The notes under the pieces were generated by a model. The model saw only the letters and a program-made list of their open reading frames with translations, searched no databases and was not told the origin of the DNA. A program made the position numbers and the translations under genes. From Candidatus Limnocylindrales bacterium (GTDB taxonomy: Bacteria > Chloroflexota > Limnocylindria > Limnocylindrales > CSP1-4): a DNA stretch of 64,000 nt. Positions 44,772 through 54,036 of the stretch are shown here, one piece after another (position 1 is the stretch's first letter; every line of letters begins with the position of its first letter). The stretch is from assembly GCA_036558545.1 (NCBI GenBank), contig DATBFJ010000027.1, positions 946-64,945 on the forward strand, given 5' to 3'.

Positions 44772-46042
44772 GCCTCGTCCCAGCGTCTGATGAGCAGTGC
44801 GCTGTTCTGGCCCCCGAAACCGAACGCGTTGACCAGGGCCACACGCATGTCACGCGAGCGCGACTTGAGCGGCGTGCAATCAAGGTCGCCCATGGCCGGT
44901 GACGGATCGACCAGGTTCAACGTCGGAGGCACACAGCCGTCGCGGAGTGCCGAGATTGCCGCTACCGCGCCAATGCCGCCCGCCGCGCCGAGGGTGTGAC
45001 CGATCGCGCCCTTCGTGGCCGTGATCGAGATGTTGGGCGCGTGCGCCCCGAAGATCGTCTTGAACGCCTCCAGCTCGGCCGGATCGCCTTCCGGTGTCGA
45101 TGTCGCGTGCGCGCTGACGTGGTCAACGTCGTGTGGCTGCATGCCGGCCTTGGCGAGGGCCATGCGGGCGGCGCGGACTCCGCCCGCGCCGCCCGGCGCC
45201 GGCAGCGTGATGTGATTGGCGTCAGCCGTGGCGCCGTAGCCGCACAACTCGGCCAAGATGGGGACGCCGCGCCGGCGCGCGTGGCTCAACTCCTCGAGTA
45301 CGAGCACGCCGGCGCCCTCGGCGATGACGAACCCGTCGCGGCCCTCATCGAACGGCCGGCTCGCGCCCGGTGGATCGTCGTTGCGCGTCGACAGCGCTCG
45401 CATCGCGGCGAAGGCACCCACCAGCGGCTCGAATACGGGCGCCTCCGATCCGCCCGCGACCATCACGTCGGCGTCGCCGCGCATGATCGTCTCGGCCGCC
45501 TCGCCGATCGCGTGACCGGCCGTGGCACATGCACTGACGGTGGCCCAGTTGGGACCGCGGGCGCCGAAGCTGATCGCAGTCTGGCCGCTGGCCAGGTTGG
45601 CGATGGCCATCGGGATGAAGAACGGCGAAAGCCGGTCCGGTCCGCGCGTGGCGTTGATGGTTATCTGCTCGACGAGCGTGCCCGATCCGCCCAGGCCGCT
45701 GCCGATGATGGTGCCCGTCCGATCCGCGAGATCTCCTTCGAGGCGCTCAGGCAGGCCAGCCTGGTCCATTGCCTCGCGTGCGGCGACAAGCGCGAACTGC
45801 GTGTAGCGATCGGTGCGCCTCATCTCCTTGCGATCGAGCACATTGGAGGGATCGAAATCCTTGACCTCGCCGGCAATCTTGCTCGTGACCCGCTCCGGGT
45901 CCCAGGCCGCGATCGTTGCGACGCCCGAATCGCCGGCGACAAGGTGCCGCCAGAAAGCGGGCGCGTTGTTGCCCAAGGGGGTGACGGCGCCCATTCCGGT
46001 GATGACCACACGGCGCCGCGGCGGCTGCACCGGCGACGTCAC
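44768..46042 (-). CDS. fabF: 3-oxoacyl-[ACP] synthase II
   Basis: VVITGMGAVTPLGN, active-site VSACATAGHAIG, HATSTPEGD, GHTLGAAG. GTG 46042 overlaps the upstream stop (GTGA). The ORF-track N-terminal 146 aa are an Arg-rich extension. Confidence 0.9.
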   Translation of the reverse strand: MTSPVQPPRRRVVITGMGAVTPLGNNAPAFWRHLVAGDSGVATIAAWDPERVTSKIAGEVKDFDPSNVLDRKEMRRTDRYTQFALVAAREAMDQAGLPERLEGDLADRTGTIIGSGLGGSGTLVEQITINATRGPDRLSPFFIPMAIANLASGQTAISFGARGPNWATVSACATAGHAIGEAAETIMRGDADVMVAGGSEAPVFEPLVGAFAAMRALSTRNDDPPGASRPFDEGRDGFVIAEGAGVLVLEELSHARRRGVPILAELCGYGATADANHITLPAPGGAGGVRAARMALAKAGMQPHDVDHVSAHATSTPEGDPAELEAFKTIFGAHAPNISITATKGAIGHTLGAAGGIGAVAAISALRDGCVPPTLNLVDPSPAMGDLDCTPLKSRSRDMRVALVNAFGFGGQNSALLIRRWDEA

Positions 46043-46836
46043 CTGATCAGCCTTCCCATCCGGATCGTCGCGGCGCGGTAGACATCGCCCGGCAGGCCGC
46101 GCGCGGAAACTTCCTCCGCCGCCGTTTCCGAGTCGTATCTGGACCTGAAGAGCTGGGCCTCGGGCCGGGCCGCGTCCATTGGTTCGTCGTCGTTGTCGCC
46201 CATGGCTGAGTCGGCCACCGACGCATCTGGAATGGTGAGCAGCGCCCATCCCGCGTTCGGATCGCCGTCGAACGAATAGCCGCACGAACCCGGATTGACG
46301 ATCAGCTTGCGGCCCAGCTCCCGCGTATCGGCGATATGGGTGTGGCCGCAGCAGATGACGCGCGCGTCGGTGCGGGTGACCCGCTCGACCGTCACCGTCG
46401 GATCGAGGTCCGTGCCCAGACCGGACGTGACCGATCCCGGCGACGCGTGGCACACGAGCACGAGCACGTCTCCAGACCACACGCGGCGCTCATTTGGCAG
46501 GCCGCGCAGCCAGTCGAGCTGCTCGTCGGACAGCTGTTCGTGGGCCCATTCGGCAGCATCGCGGTAGCTCGAGGGCACGTCCTCCATCCATGGAAAAGCA
46601 GCGCTGAAGTCGTAGTCGGCCACGGCAATATCCGTGTTTCCGGCGACGATCATGGCGCCGTCCGTCTCGAGAGATCGAAGACGATCGACCACTTCGCCCG
46701 GGCGAGGACCGTTGAACACGAGATCGCCGGTGATGGCGATCCGGTCGGGGCGATGACGCTTGATGTCGGCCAGGGCCGCGTCGAGCGCACCGATGTTGCC
46801 GTGGATGTCGCCCAGGACGGCCAGACGCATGACCAT
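46039..46836 (-). CDS. Metallophosphoesterase (YfcE/MJ0936-like)
   Basis: LAVLGDIHGN, ITGDLVFNGP, VAGNTD and CGHTH are the calcineurin-like phosphoesterase motifs. Confidence 0.8.
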   Translation of the reverse strand: MVMRLAVLGDIHGNIGALDAALADIKRHRPDRIAITGDLVFNGPRPGEVVDRLRSLETDGAMIVAGNTDIAVADYDFSAAFPWMEDVPSSYRDAAEWAHEQLSDEQLDWLRGLPNERRVWSGDVLVLVCHASPGSVTSGLGTDLDPTVTVERVTRTDARVICCGHTHIADTRELGRKLIVNPGSCGYSFDGDPNAGWALLTIPDASVADSAMGDNDDEPMDAARPEAQLFRSRYDSETAAEEVSARGLPGDVYRAATIRMGRLIR

Positions 46837-47342
46837 CAGCGAAGCACGCCTTCGGTGGGGATGATGAACGAGATCGTCGCCTCACAGCATGTCTCGCCGT
46901 CGACGCTGGCGACGGCCTTGCCACGGCCGAAGCGCTTGCCCAGCTTGTCCATTGTCACTTCGAGGCTCAGACGATCACCGGGTTGCACCACGCGCTTGAA
47001 ACGGCATTCGTCGATGCCGGCGAACAGGCCGATGCGATCGCCAAAGCCCTCCTGCTGGGCCACGTAGACGGCCATCGTCTGGGCCAGCGCCTCGACCTGG
47101 AACACACCCGGCATGACGGGCAACCCAGGAAAGTGGCCCTGGAAATACCACTCGGTAGCCGTGATGGCCTTCTCGCCCCGTATGTAGCCGCGCACCGGGT
47201 CGTAATCGACGATTCGGTCGACCAGGAGCATGGGCCAGCGATGCGGGATGAGCTTCTGGATCTCGGCAGTTGTCAGCAAAACGCCGTCACGCTTGAGAGG
47301 GTTGTCGTTTGCAGCCGGCGGGGCGGCGGTCGCGTCGGTCAA
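46836..47342 (-). CDS. fabZ: 3-hydroxyacyl-[ACP] dehydratase
   Basis: LIPHRWPMLLVDRIV and FQGHFPGLPVMPGV are hallmark FabZ motifs. The start is inferred at TTG 47342 with GGAGAG at 47347-47352. The ORF-track start overlaps accC. Confidence 0.85.
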   Translation of the reverse strand: MTDATAAPPAANDNPLKRDGVLLTTAEIQKLIPHRWPMLLVDRIVDYDPVRGYIRGEKAITATEWYFQGHFPGLPVMPGVFQVEALAQTMAVYVAQQEGFGDRIGLFAGIDECRFKRVVQPGDRLSLEVTMDKLGKRFGRGKAVASVDGETCCEATISFIIPTEGVLR

Positions 47343-47359
47343 GAGTCTCTCCGTAAACC

Positions 47360-48727
47360 TCAGGCTGCGGCGGCCGCGTTGAGGAACGCGGCGCTCCCCA
47401 CCCGGTCGAGCAGATTGGTCGTGAATTGTCCGTTCAGGAAAGTTTCGTGTTCGAGCAGCGCCCGATGGAGCGGCAGATTGGTGACGAGCCCGTCGAGGAC
47501 GATCTCGTCGAGCGCATCGCGCGATCGGGCGATCGCCTCGTCCCTGTCGCTGCCCCACACGACGAGCTTGCCGAGCATCGAATCGTAGTAGGGCGGCACT
47601 TCATAGCCGCTGTACAGGTGCGAGTCGATGCGAACGCCGGGGCCGCCGGGGGGCAGGTATGTCTCGACGATGCCGGCCTGCGGCCGGAAATCGTGGGCCG
47701 TGTCCTCGGCGTTGATGCGGAACTCGATGGCGTGACCGCGCAGCGCCACGGCATCCTGACCGTAGCCCAACGGCTCACCAGAGGCGATGCGGATCTGCTC
47801 CGTCACCAGGTCCATGCCCGACAGCATCTCCGTGATCGGATGCTCGACCTGGATGCGGCAGTTGATCTCGATGAAATAGAAGTTGCCCTGACGGTCGAGC
47901 AGGAACTCGAGCGTGCCCAGGTTCTCGTAGCCGGCGGCCACGACCGCGCTGATCGCCGCTTCGCACAGCGCCTCGCGCTGTGCCTCGGTCATTGCCGGAG
48001 AGCGAGCCTCCTCGAGCACCTTCTGGTGGCGACGCTGGACCGAACAGTCGCGTTCGCCGACGTGAACGCCGTTGCCGTAGCGATCGACGATGACCTGGAC
48101 CTCGACATGACGGTTGTCCTCGAGCCACTTCTCGATGTACAGCGAATCGTCGTGGAACGCGGCCATGGCCTCTGAGCGGCAGATGGTCATGGCCTGCTGC
48201 AGCTCCCTCGGCGAGCGGGCCCTGCGCATGCCCTTCCCACCGCCACCGGCGCTGGGCTTGATCAGAACCGGGTAGCCGATGCGATCCGCCTCGGCGAGCG
48301 CGTGCGCATCGTCGCGCAACATCGGCGAGCCTGGGATGGTGGGCAGGCCGTGCTTGCCCAGCAGGGTCCTCGTACCAGCCTTCGAAGCGAAGCGCTCGAG
48401 CACCTCGGGCGGCGGCCCGATGAACGTCAGGCCATGGGCACGGACCATCTCGGCGAACGTGTCGTCCTCGGAAAGAAAGCCGTATCCGGGGTGGACTGCG
48501 TCGCAGCCCGAGACGAGGGCGGCCGACAGCAGCGCGGACGCGGACAGGTACGAGCGACGCGATTCCGCGGGCCCGATGCACACTGCTTCGTCGGCCAGCT
48601 GCACTGCGCGCGAGTCCCGATCCGCCTCGCTGTACGCGACGACGGACGCGATGCCCATCTTTCGGCACGCCCGCTGGATGCGCAGCGCGATCTCGCCGCG
48701 ATTCGCGATCAGTATCTTGCTGAACAC
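47360..48727 (-). CDS. accC: Acetyl-CoA carboxylase, biotin carboxylase subunit
   Basis: KILIANRGEIALRI, ATP-grasp GGGGKGMR, EINCRIQVEHPITE. Confidence 0.95.
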   Translation of the reverse strand: MFSKILIANRGEIALRIQRACRKMGIASVVAYSEADRDSRAVQLADEAVCIGPAESRRSYLSASALLSAALVSGCDAVHPGYGFLSEDDTFAEMVRAHGLTFIGPPPEVLERFASKAGTRTLLGKHGLPTIPGSPMLRDDAHALAEADRIGYPVLIKPSAGGGGKGMRRARSPRELQQAMTICRSEAMAAFHDDSLYIEKWLEDNRHVEVQVIVDRYGNGVHVGERDCSVQRRHQKVLEEARSPAMTEAQREALCEAAISAVVAAGYENLGTLEFLLDRQGNFYFIEINCRIQVEHPITEMLSGMDLVTEQIRIASGEPLGYGQDAVALRGHAIEFRINAEDTAHDFRPQAGIVETYLPPGGPGVRIDSHLYSGYEVPPYYDSMLGKLVVWGSDRDEAIARSRDALDEIVLDGLVTNLPLHRALLEHETFLNGQFTTNLLDRVGSAAFLNAAAAA

Positions 48728-48730
48728 GTG

Positions 48731-49228
48731 CTAAGCCTCGGCTTCCACGCGGGCAATCGGCTGGCCGAACTCCACTGCCTGGCCCGACTCGACCTCAAAC
48801 GCCTTCAGCGCGCCGTCGACCGGGCTGACGACATCCTGACGCACGCCGAGCACGTCTACGTACCCGAGCAGGTCACCGCTGCGCAGTTGCGAGCCGACTT
48901 CGACGCCGCTGCGCGGCGCGAAATAGCCGACTGCAGGCGAGGCCACGATGCCGCGCATGGCATCCCGCGGCGCAGCTGTCCCGGAGGCTCCGGAGGCCAT
49001 GACCGGGTGGGGCTGGCGCTGCGCGGCATGAGCACTCTCCGGGCCGTCGATAACACCCGCAACCCCCCTGCGCAGGCGAATCCGCCAACCGTGCTCGCGC
49101 ACTTCGAGCTCGCCGAGCTGACTGTTTGTCAGCCGTTCAATCAGCCCGGGTACGACCTCGTCCGCCAGGCGCGCGATGGTCGCCCGTGCTTCCGCTCCGT
49201 CCAGCAAATCGCTGTCGTCGCCCATCAA
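48731..49228 (-). CDS. BCCP-like biotinyl-domain protein lacking the biotinylation lysine
   Basis: Aligns to the BCCP C-terminal domain (VASPAVGYFAPRSG.EVGSQLRSGDLLGYVDVLGVRQDVVSPVDGALKAFEVESGQAVEFGQPIARVE), but the (E/V)AMK tetrapeptide is replaced by DVLG, so there is no Lys at the modification site. Confidence 0.8.
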   Translation of the reverse strand: MMGDDSDLLDGAEARATIARLADEVVPGLIERLTNSQLGELEVREHGWRIRLRRGVAGVIDGPESAHAAQRQPHPVMASGASGTAAPRDAMRGIVASPAVGYFAPRSGVEVGSQLRSGDLLGYVDVLGVRQDVVSPVDGALKAFEVESGQAVEFGQPIARVEAEA

Positions 49229-50235
49229 ATGTCCTCACGCAAGGGTGGCTGCTCGTCGCCGTCGGTCATCGAATTGGGCAATGCCGCTGCATTGCCGGCG
49301 ATCGCGACGCGGCCTCCTTCGAGCATGCGCCGAATACGATCGAACATGCCCGCTCGCTCGACCTTCGCCTCGCCGGTCTGGGTCGCCACGGCAAACTCGC
49401 CCATCTGCCGATAGCGCATGTAGCGCGCGTCGACGATCGCCCTGCGGTCACGCCCGGCGAGCGCGTCGAGGTGCGCGGTGATGCGCGCACGCAAACGGCG
49501 GGCGACCTCCTCGGGGTTTTCGTGGGCGCCGCCGGCGGGCTCGGGCACGACCTCGTCGATGACGCCCAGCGCCAGCTGCTCGGCTGCCGTAAGGCGCATG
49601 GCGACGGCCGCCTGCTGCGAATAGTCGGCACTGCGCCACAGGATGCTCGCGGCGCCCTCCGGGCTGATCACCGAGTAGATCGAGTTTTCGAGTGCCAGCA
49701 CGACGTCGCCAACGGCGAGTGCGAGTGCACCACCGCTGCCTCCCTCGCCGGTGATGATCGTGAGGATCGGTGTTCGCAGCTGGGTCATCGTCATGATCGA
49801 GCGCGCGATTGCCTCGGCCACGCCGCGCTCCTCCGATGCGGAACCGGGAAATGCTCCAGGTGTGTCGACGAAGGTCACGACTGGCAGCTGCAGACGCTCC
49901 GCCAGCCGGTACAGCCGGATCGCCTTGCGATATCCCTCTGGATGCGGCATGCCGAAATTGCGCCGGATGTTCTCCTCTGTCTCGGCGCCCTTCTGATGAC
50001 CGACGAACACGGCGCGACGGCCGTCAAAGCGACAGAAGCCACCGACCACGGCCGGATCGTCACGAAACAGACGGTCGCCGTGCAGCTCGACTACGTCGGT
50101 TGCCATTGCCGCTACGAGCTCGAGCGTGTGCGGCCGCTTGACGTTGCGCGCCATACGTACGCGATCCCAAACCGCGGCGCGCAGCTCCTCGGGATTGACC
50201 TGCTGAGTCTGATCCGGTGTCGCCACGTCAACCAT
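49225..50235 (-). CDS. accA: Acetyl-CoA carboxylase carboxyltransferase alpha subunit
   Basis: FVDTPGAFPGSASEERGVAEAIARS and ITGEGGSGGALA are conserved AccA blocks. Confidence 0.9.
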   Translation of the reverse strand: MVDVATPDQTQQVNPEELRAAVWDRVRMARNVKRPHTLELVAAMATDVVELHGDRLFRDDPAVVGGFCRFDGRRAVFVGHQKGAETEENIRRNFGMPHPEGYRKAIRLYRLAERLQLPVVTFVDTPGAFPGSASEERGVAEAIARSIMTMTQLRTPILTIITGEGGSGGALALAVGDVVLALENSIYSVISPEGAASILWRSADYSQQAAVAMRLTAAEQLALGVIDEVVPEPAGGAHENPEEVARRLRARITAHLDALAGRDRRAIVDARYMRYRQMGEFAVATQTGEAKVERAGMFDRIRRMLEGGRVAIAGNAAALPNSMTDGDEQPPLREDI

Positions 50236-51154
50236 GGACTGCGGGCTCCCGGCCCATCAGGTTGTCGAGGAGCGCCGGTGCACGAACGATCGGGCCCGTG
50301 CCGTTGCCGCTCGACTTGTCCGCCGCTGGTGCCTTCATGTAGCGCAACAGACCCTGGAGCGTCTCGCGCAGCTTGTCACGCGGCACGACCATGTCGACGA
50401 AGCCGTGATCGAACAGGAACTCGGCGCGCTGGAAGCCTTCGGGCAGCTCCTCCGCGATCGTCCCTGCCGCGACTCGCGCGCCGGCAAATCCGATCAGCGC
50501 CTTGGGCTCGGCGATGTTCACGTCACCGAGCGCTGAGAACGAGGCGAACACACCGCCGGTCGTCGGATCGGTCATCAGACTGATGTACGGCACGCCCGCC
50601 TCGGCCATGCGCCCCAGTGCGGCGCATGTCTTGGCCAGCTGCATCAGCGAGAGGGTACCTTCCTGCATGCGCGCGCCCCCCGACGCCGAGATGACGATCA
50701 GTGGCAGGCGCTCGGAAAGTGCGTACTCAGCGGCGCGCGTGACTTTCTCGCCAACAACGGTGCCCATCGAGCCGCCCATGAAGGCAAAGTCCATGGCGCA
50801 GATGGCAACGCGCGTGCCACCAATGGATGCCGTGCCCCATACCGCCGCGTCCCGGACGCCGGTCGAGTCACGCGCTGCGGCGAGCCGATCCGGGTAGGGC
50901 TTCTGGTCGACGAATGCGAGCACGTCGACCGATTCGAGACCGGCGTCCTGCTCCACGAAGCTGTCGCGATCGAGGAGCAGCGTGAGTCGGGCGTCGACGC
51001 GCAGTCTGAAATGGTGGCCACAGCGCGGGCATACGCGCAGGCCCTTGTCGAGCGTCTTGTTGTAGAGCATCTCCTGGCAGTCGGGACACTGCGTCCAGAG
51101 ATCCTTGGGGTATTGCTCATCGCGGCGGCCCGCAAACGGCAACTTGATCGGCAT
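50228..51154 (-). CDS. accD: Acetyl-CoA carboxylase carboxyltransferase beta subunit
   Basis: N-terminal zinc ribbon CPDCQ..(14)..CPRCGHH, then FMGGSMGTVVGEKV and SASGGARMQEG. Confidence 0.9.
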   Translation of the reverse strand: MPIKLPFAGRRDEQYPKDLWTQCPDCQEMLYNKTLDKGLRVCPRCGHHFRLRVDARLTLLLDRDSFVEQDAGLESVDVLAFVDQKPYPDRLAAARDSTGVRDAAVWGTASIGGTRVAICAMDFAFMGGSMGTVVGEKVTRAAEYALSERLPLIVISASGGARMQEGTLSLMQLAKTCAALGRMAEAGVPYISLMTDPTTGGVFASFSALGDVNIAEPKALIGFAGARVAAGTIAEELPEGFQRAEFLFDHGFVDMVVPRDKLRETLQGLLRYMKAPAADKSSGNGTGPIVRAPALLDNLMGREPAVHG

Positions 51155-51513
51155 CAGCCCTGCCTCCGCCGCCAGGCAAACATCGCCGCAGCACCGATCG
51201 ATACGCCCGACGCGATCGCGCCACCCATCAGCAGCCTGCGATCCAGCGCCACCATGGAGTCGCCGGGCGCGCCGCCTGCCGCGCGTAGCTGCTCGGCGAG
51301 CCGCTCCTCGAACAGGAACGACGGGTGAAAACGCGGCAGGCCGGTCTCGAGCAGCCGGATCACCTGGCGCACGTTGTGCTCTGGCGTCGAGGGAGCGCGG
51401 GAGAGCGTGATGGGGAGTCGAGCGTGGCCGTTGAGCAACGCGTCGATGTAAGCGTCGCTCTGGACCGCCTCGTCGTCCGCATCGAGGCGCAATGCCGGCT
51501 GGGCTGGCTCCAT
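51154..51513 (-). CDS. Putative tail-anchored anti-sigma factor / hypothetical membrane protein
   Basis: Immediately follows and overlaps (ATGA) the ECF sigma gene. Single C-terminal TM helix (GGAIASGVSIGAAAMFAW). No recognisable zinc-binding ZAS motif. Functional call rests on position only. Confidence 0.4.
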   Translation of the reverse strand: MEPAQPALRLDADDEAVQSDAYIDALLNGHARLPITLSRAPSTPEHNVRQVIRLLETGLPRFHPSFLFEERLAEQLRAAGGAPGDSMVALDRRLLMGGAIASGVSIGAAAMFAWRRRQG

Positions 51514-52142
51514 CAATTGGCCGCGCGCTTGCGCGGGAAGCGGACTCCCGACTTCTCTGCCCGGCTCATCTGACGCGCCACGGATTGCAGCGAGCGGTGG
51601 ATCAGGACGCGCGTGGCGCCCTCTGACCGGCCCAGGATCTCGCCGATCTCACGAGTCGACATCTCGTTCACGAAGCGCAGCACGAGCGCGCGTCGCCTGT
51701 CCGCGGGCAACCGTTCGATGAGCTCCCACGCGCGCGCCAGCTCGATGCGGTTGCTCGCCACGGCATGTGTGTCGTCGCCGGCCGGGTACTCGAGTGCCAG
51801 ATCGATCGGCGATGTCGGGTGGCGCCGAGCGTGGCGCTTCTCGTTCGACAGCGCGTTGCGAGCAATCTGGAAAAGCCATACACGGAAGCTGGAGTCGAGA
51901 CCTTCGGACTGCTCGTGAAAGTGGGGCAGCCCGGCCAGGGCACGCAGAAAGACGAGTGCAGTCACGTCCTCCGCCGCGTGCGGATCGCGGAGCTCGTAGA
52001 GCGCAAAGCTGTACACCTGGGCGACGTACTTCCGATAAAGCGCCTCGAAGGCGGCAGGATCACGTCGTGAACGCTCAACGGCGGAGCGGTCCACGTCGAG
52101 GCTATCCAGGGCCGCAACGCGGTCCTTCCCTCTCCTCAACAC
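51513..52142 (-). CDS. ECF-type RNA polymerase sigma-70 family factor
   Basis: Region 2 (FEALYRKYVAQVYSFALYELRDPHAAEDVTALVFLRA) and region 4 HTH (MSTREIGEILGRSEGATRVLIHRSLQ). Confidence 0.85.
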   Translation of the reverse strand: MLRRGKDRVAALDSLDVDRSAVERSRRDPAAFEALYRKYVAQVYSFALYELRDPHAAEDVTALVFLRALAGLPHFHEQSEGLDSSFRVWLFQIARNALSNEKRHARRHPTSPIDLALEYPAGDDTHAVASNRIELARAWELIERLPADRRRALVLRFVNEMSTREIGEILGRSEGATRVLIHRSLQSVARQMSRAEKSGVRFPRKRAAN

Positions 52143-52312
52143 CGGCCGAGTCTAGCCGTTACACGTTGATTACCAACATGCGCTCACGCGGCGCTGCCGC
52201 GGGCTGATCGCCAAGAGCGCGCGCCGGGAGCACTTCAAGCTGCGCCCGAACGACATCTTGTCGCCCTGGTCTGCGATGCGAGTCCGTGGATAGCGCGGGG
52301 CAGCGCGCTCGA

Positions 52313-53092
52313 CTAAATGACCCGGCAGCGAATGACTTCGCCTGAGTCGACAGCAACGACGCCGCCGAAGTCCGGTTGGACGAGCAGCGCACCTGACTCG
52401 GGATCGACGCCGACTCCTTTTCCGGTCACCGAGCTGTCTCCCGCATCGACAACCACGGTCCGGCCCGTGGTGCGCTGCGCAGACGACCAACCGCCGTTGT
52501 CGAATCTCCCGCTCAGCAACGCCTCGTAGCGCGGTTCGAGCCGGTCCAGAAAGCCCTGCAGCAGCAGCTGGTTGTCGATCGGCCGCTTGCCCGATAGCTC
52601 GTGGAGGCTGTTCATCGTCGCCGCGATGCCCCACGGGAAGTCGGTCATCTTCCACTCCGTGTTGACCCCGATTCCCACGATTGCCGACTCGACGCGCTCG
52701 CCCGCTGCGACCGACTCGCCAAGAACGCCGGCCACCTTGCGAATGCCGCCGTCATGTGCGTCGGCGACGATGTCGTTCGGCCACTTCAGCCAAAGAGTTC
52801 CTTCCTTGAGACCCGCGACATCCTCGGCGGCATCGCGCATGGCCAGCGCCACGACGGCGGCCAGGCGCCAGGCATGACCAGCGGCAAGGTAGGCGGGCCG
52901 CAGGCCGACCGACAGAAGCAGAGCCGCGCCGGGCGGTGCCACCCACTCGCGGCCGTTGCGTCCGCGACCGGAGGTCTGATAGTCGGCCACGGCCACGCAC
53001 ACTTCTGGAACACCCTCAGCGAGCCATTCACGGACAACATGCTGGGTGCTGTCGACGGCCCTGAAGCGTTCTATTCGGTTGGGAAAAGTCAT
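52313..53092 (-). CDS. birA: Biotin--[acetyl-CoA-carboxylase] ligase (class I, no HTH)
   Basis: QTSGRGRNGREWVAPPG matches the GRGRxGRxW biotin-binding loop, followed by LKWPNDI. There is no N-terminal DNA-binding domain. Confidence 0.85.
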   Translation of the reverse strand: MTFPNRIERFRAVDSTQHVVREWLAEGVPEVCVAVADYQTSGRGRNGREWVAPPGAALLLSVGLRPAYLAAGHAWRLAAVVALAMRDAAEDVAGLKEGTLWLKWPNDIVADAHDGGIRKVAGVLGESVAAGERVESAIVGIGVNTEWKMTDFPWGIAATMNSLHELSGKRPIDNQLLLQGFLDRLEPRYEALLSGRFDNGGWSSAQRTTGRTVVVDAGDSSVTGKGVGVDPESGALLVQPDFGGVVAVDSGEVIRCRVI

Positions 53093-54036
53093 CGTTTAGG
53101 CACACCTACGATTCGAGCGCCATGCGCTGCCGGCCGGACGACTACGGCACGTCCGGGCAAGTTCGTCCTCTTTGCCGCATCTGACATGGCGCGCGCAGCG
53201 CCGTCAGCGGCAGTCCTGTTGTCGGCGAGCGCCAGGATCGCCGATCCCGCACCCGACAGCGCCGCGCCCAGGGCGCCCGCACCACGCGCCGCGGCGACGA
53301 TGGCGGGCAGCTGGCTGATGTGCCGCGACCGATATGGCTCGTGCATCCGGTCGTCGCCCATGCCCGCCAAGAGTTCGAGCTGGCCGCTCGTCAAGGCGGC
53401 CACGACCAGCGCCGTGCCACCCACGTTGCGCGCGGCATCGGCATGCTTCACGAAAGCGGGCAACGCCGCGCGCATCTCGGCGGTGCGCAGCTCCGAGTCG
53501 GGTATGAAGACGGCTGCGTGAAGTTTTTCGGGCGGATCGAAGCGCGCGGCCCTCGGAGCGCCGTCGTCGTCGTGGCCGACGATCACAAAGCCGCCGAACA
53601 GCGCTGCGGCGACGTTGTCCGGGTGGCCATCGATGTCTGTCGCGATGCGCAGGATGCGCTGGTCACCAAGCTTGGCGCGTGCCATGGCCTCTGCCGCCAG
53701 CAGCCCTGCAACGCAGGCTGCCGCTGACGAGCCCAATCCGCGCGCGAGCGGGATCTCGTTGTCCATATCGATACGCATAACAGGCGGTTCCAGCTGGAAC
53801 TCCTGCAATCCATGCTCGAGACCGATCAGAAACCTATTGCCTGCGTCGATGCCGATTTCGTCGGCCCCCTCGCCGATGACCGTCAATTGCTCAGCGCCGG
53901 CGGTCAGCGGCGTAACGGTCACTCGCAGATGCAACTCCAGCGCGAGCGCAAGTGAATCAAAACCCGGTCCGAGATTTGCACTGCTCGCCGGAGCCTCGAC
54001 CGTGACCGGAGCGTCGTGCAGCTTTGCGCGGGCCAT
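53089..54036 (-). CDS. thrB: Homoserine kinase
   Basis: APASSANLGPGFDSLALAL and the GHMP motif PLARGLGSSAAACVAG. ATG 54036 overlaps the thrC stop (ATGA). Confidence 0.9.
   Translation of the reverse strand: MARAKLHDAPVTVEAPASSANLGPGFDSLALALELHLRVTVTPLTAGAEQLTVIGEGADEIGIDAGNRFLIGLEHGLQEFQLEPPVMRIDMDNEIPLARGLGSSAAACVAGLLAAEAMARAKLGDQRILRIATDIDGHPDNVAAALFGGFVIVGHDDDGAPRAARFDPPEKLHAAVFIPDSELRTAEMRAALPAFVKHADAARNVGGTALVVAALTSGQLELLAGMGDDRMHEPYRSRHISQLPAIVAAARGAGALGAALSGAGSAILALADNRTAADGAARAMSDAAKRTNLPGRAVVVRPAAHGARIVGVPKR

Noticed and set aside
52143-52312. ECF-type autoregulatory promoter upstream of the sigma gene.
   Set aside because: I looked for GGAAC-like -35 and CGT-containing -10 elements on the minus strand. 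Only weak partial matches (GTAAC...) were found, so no call was made.
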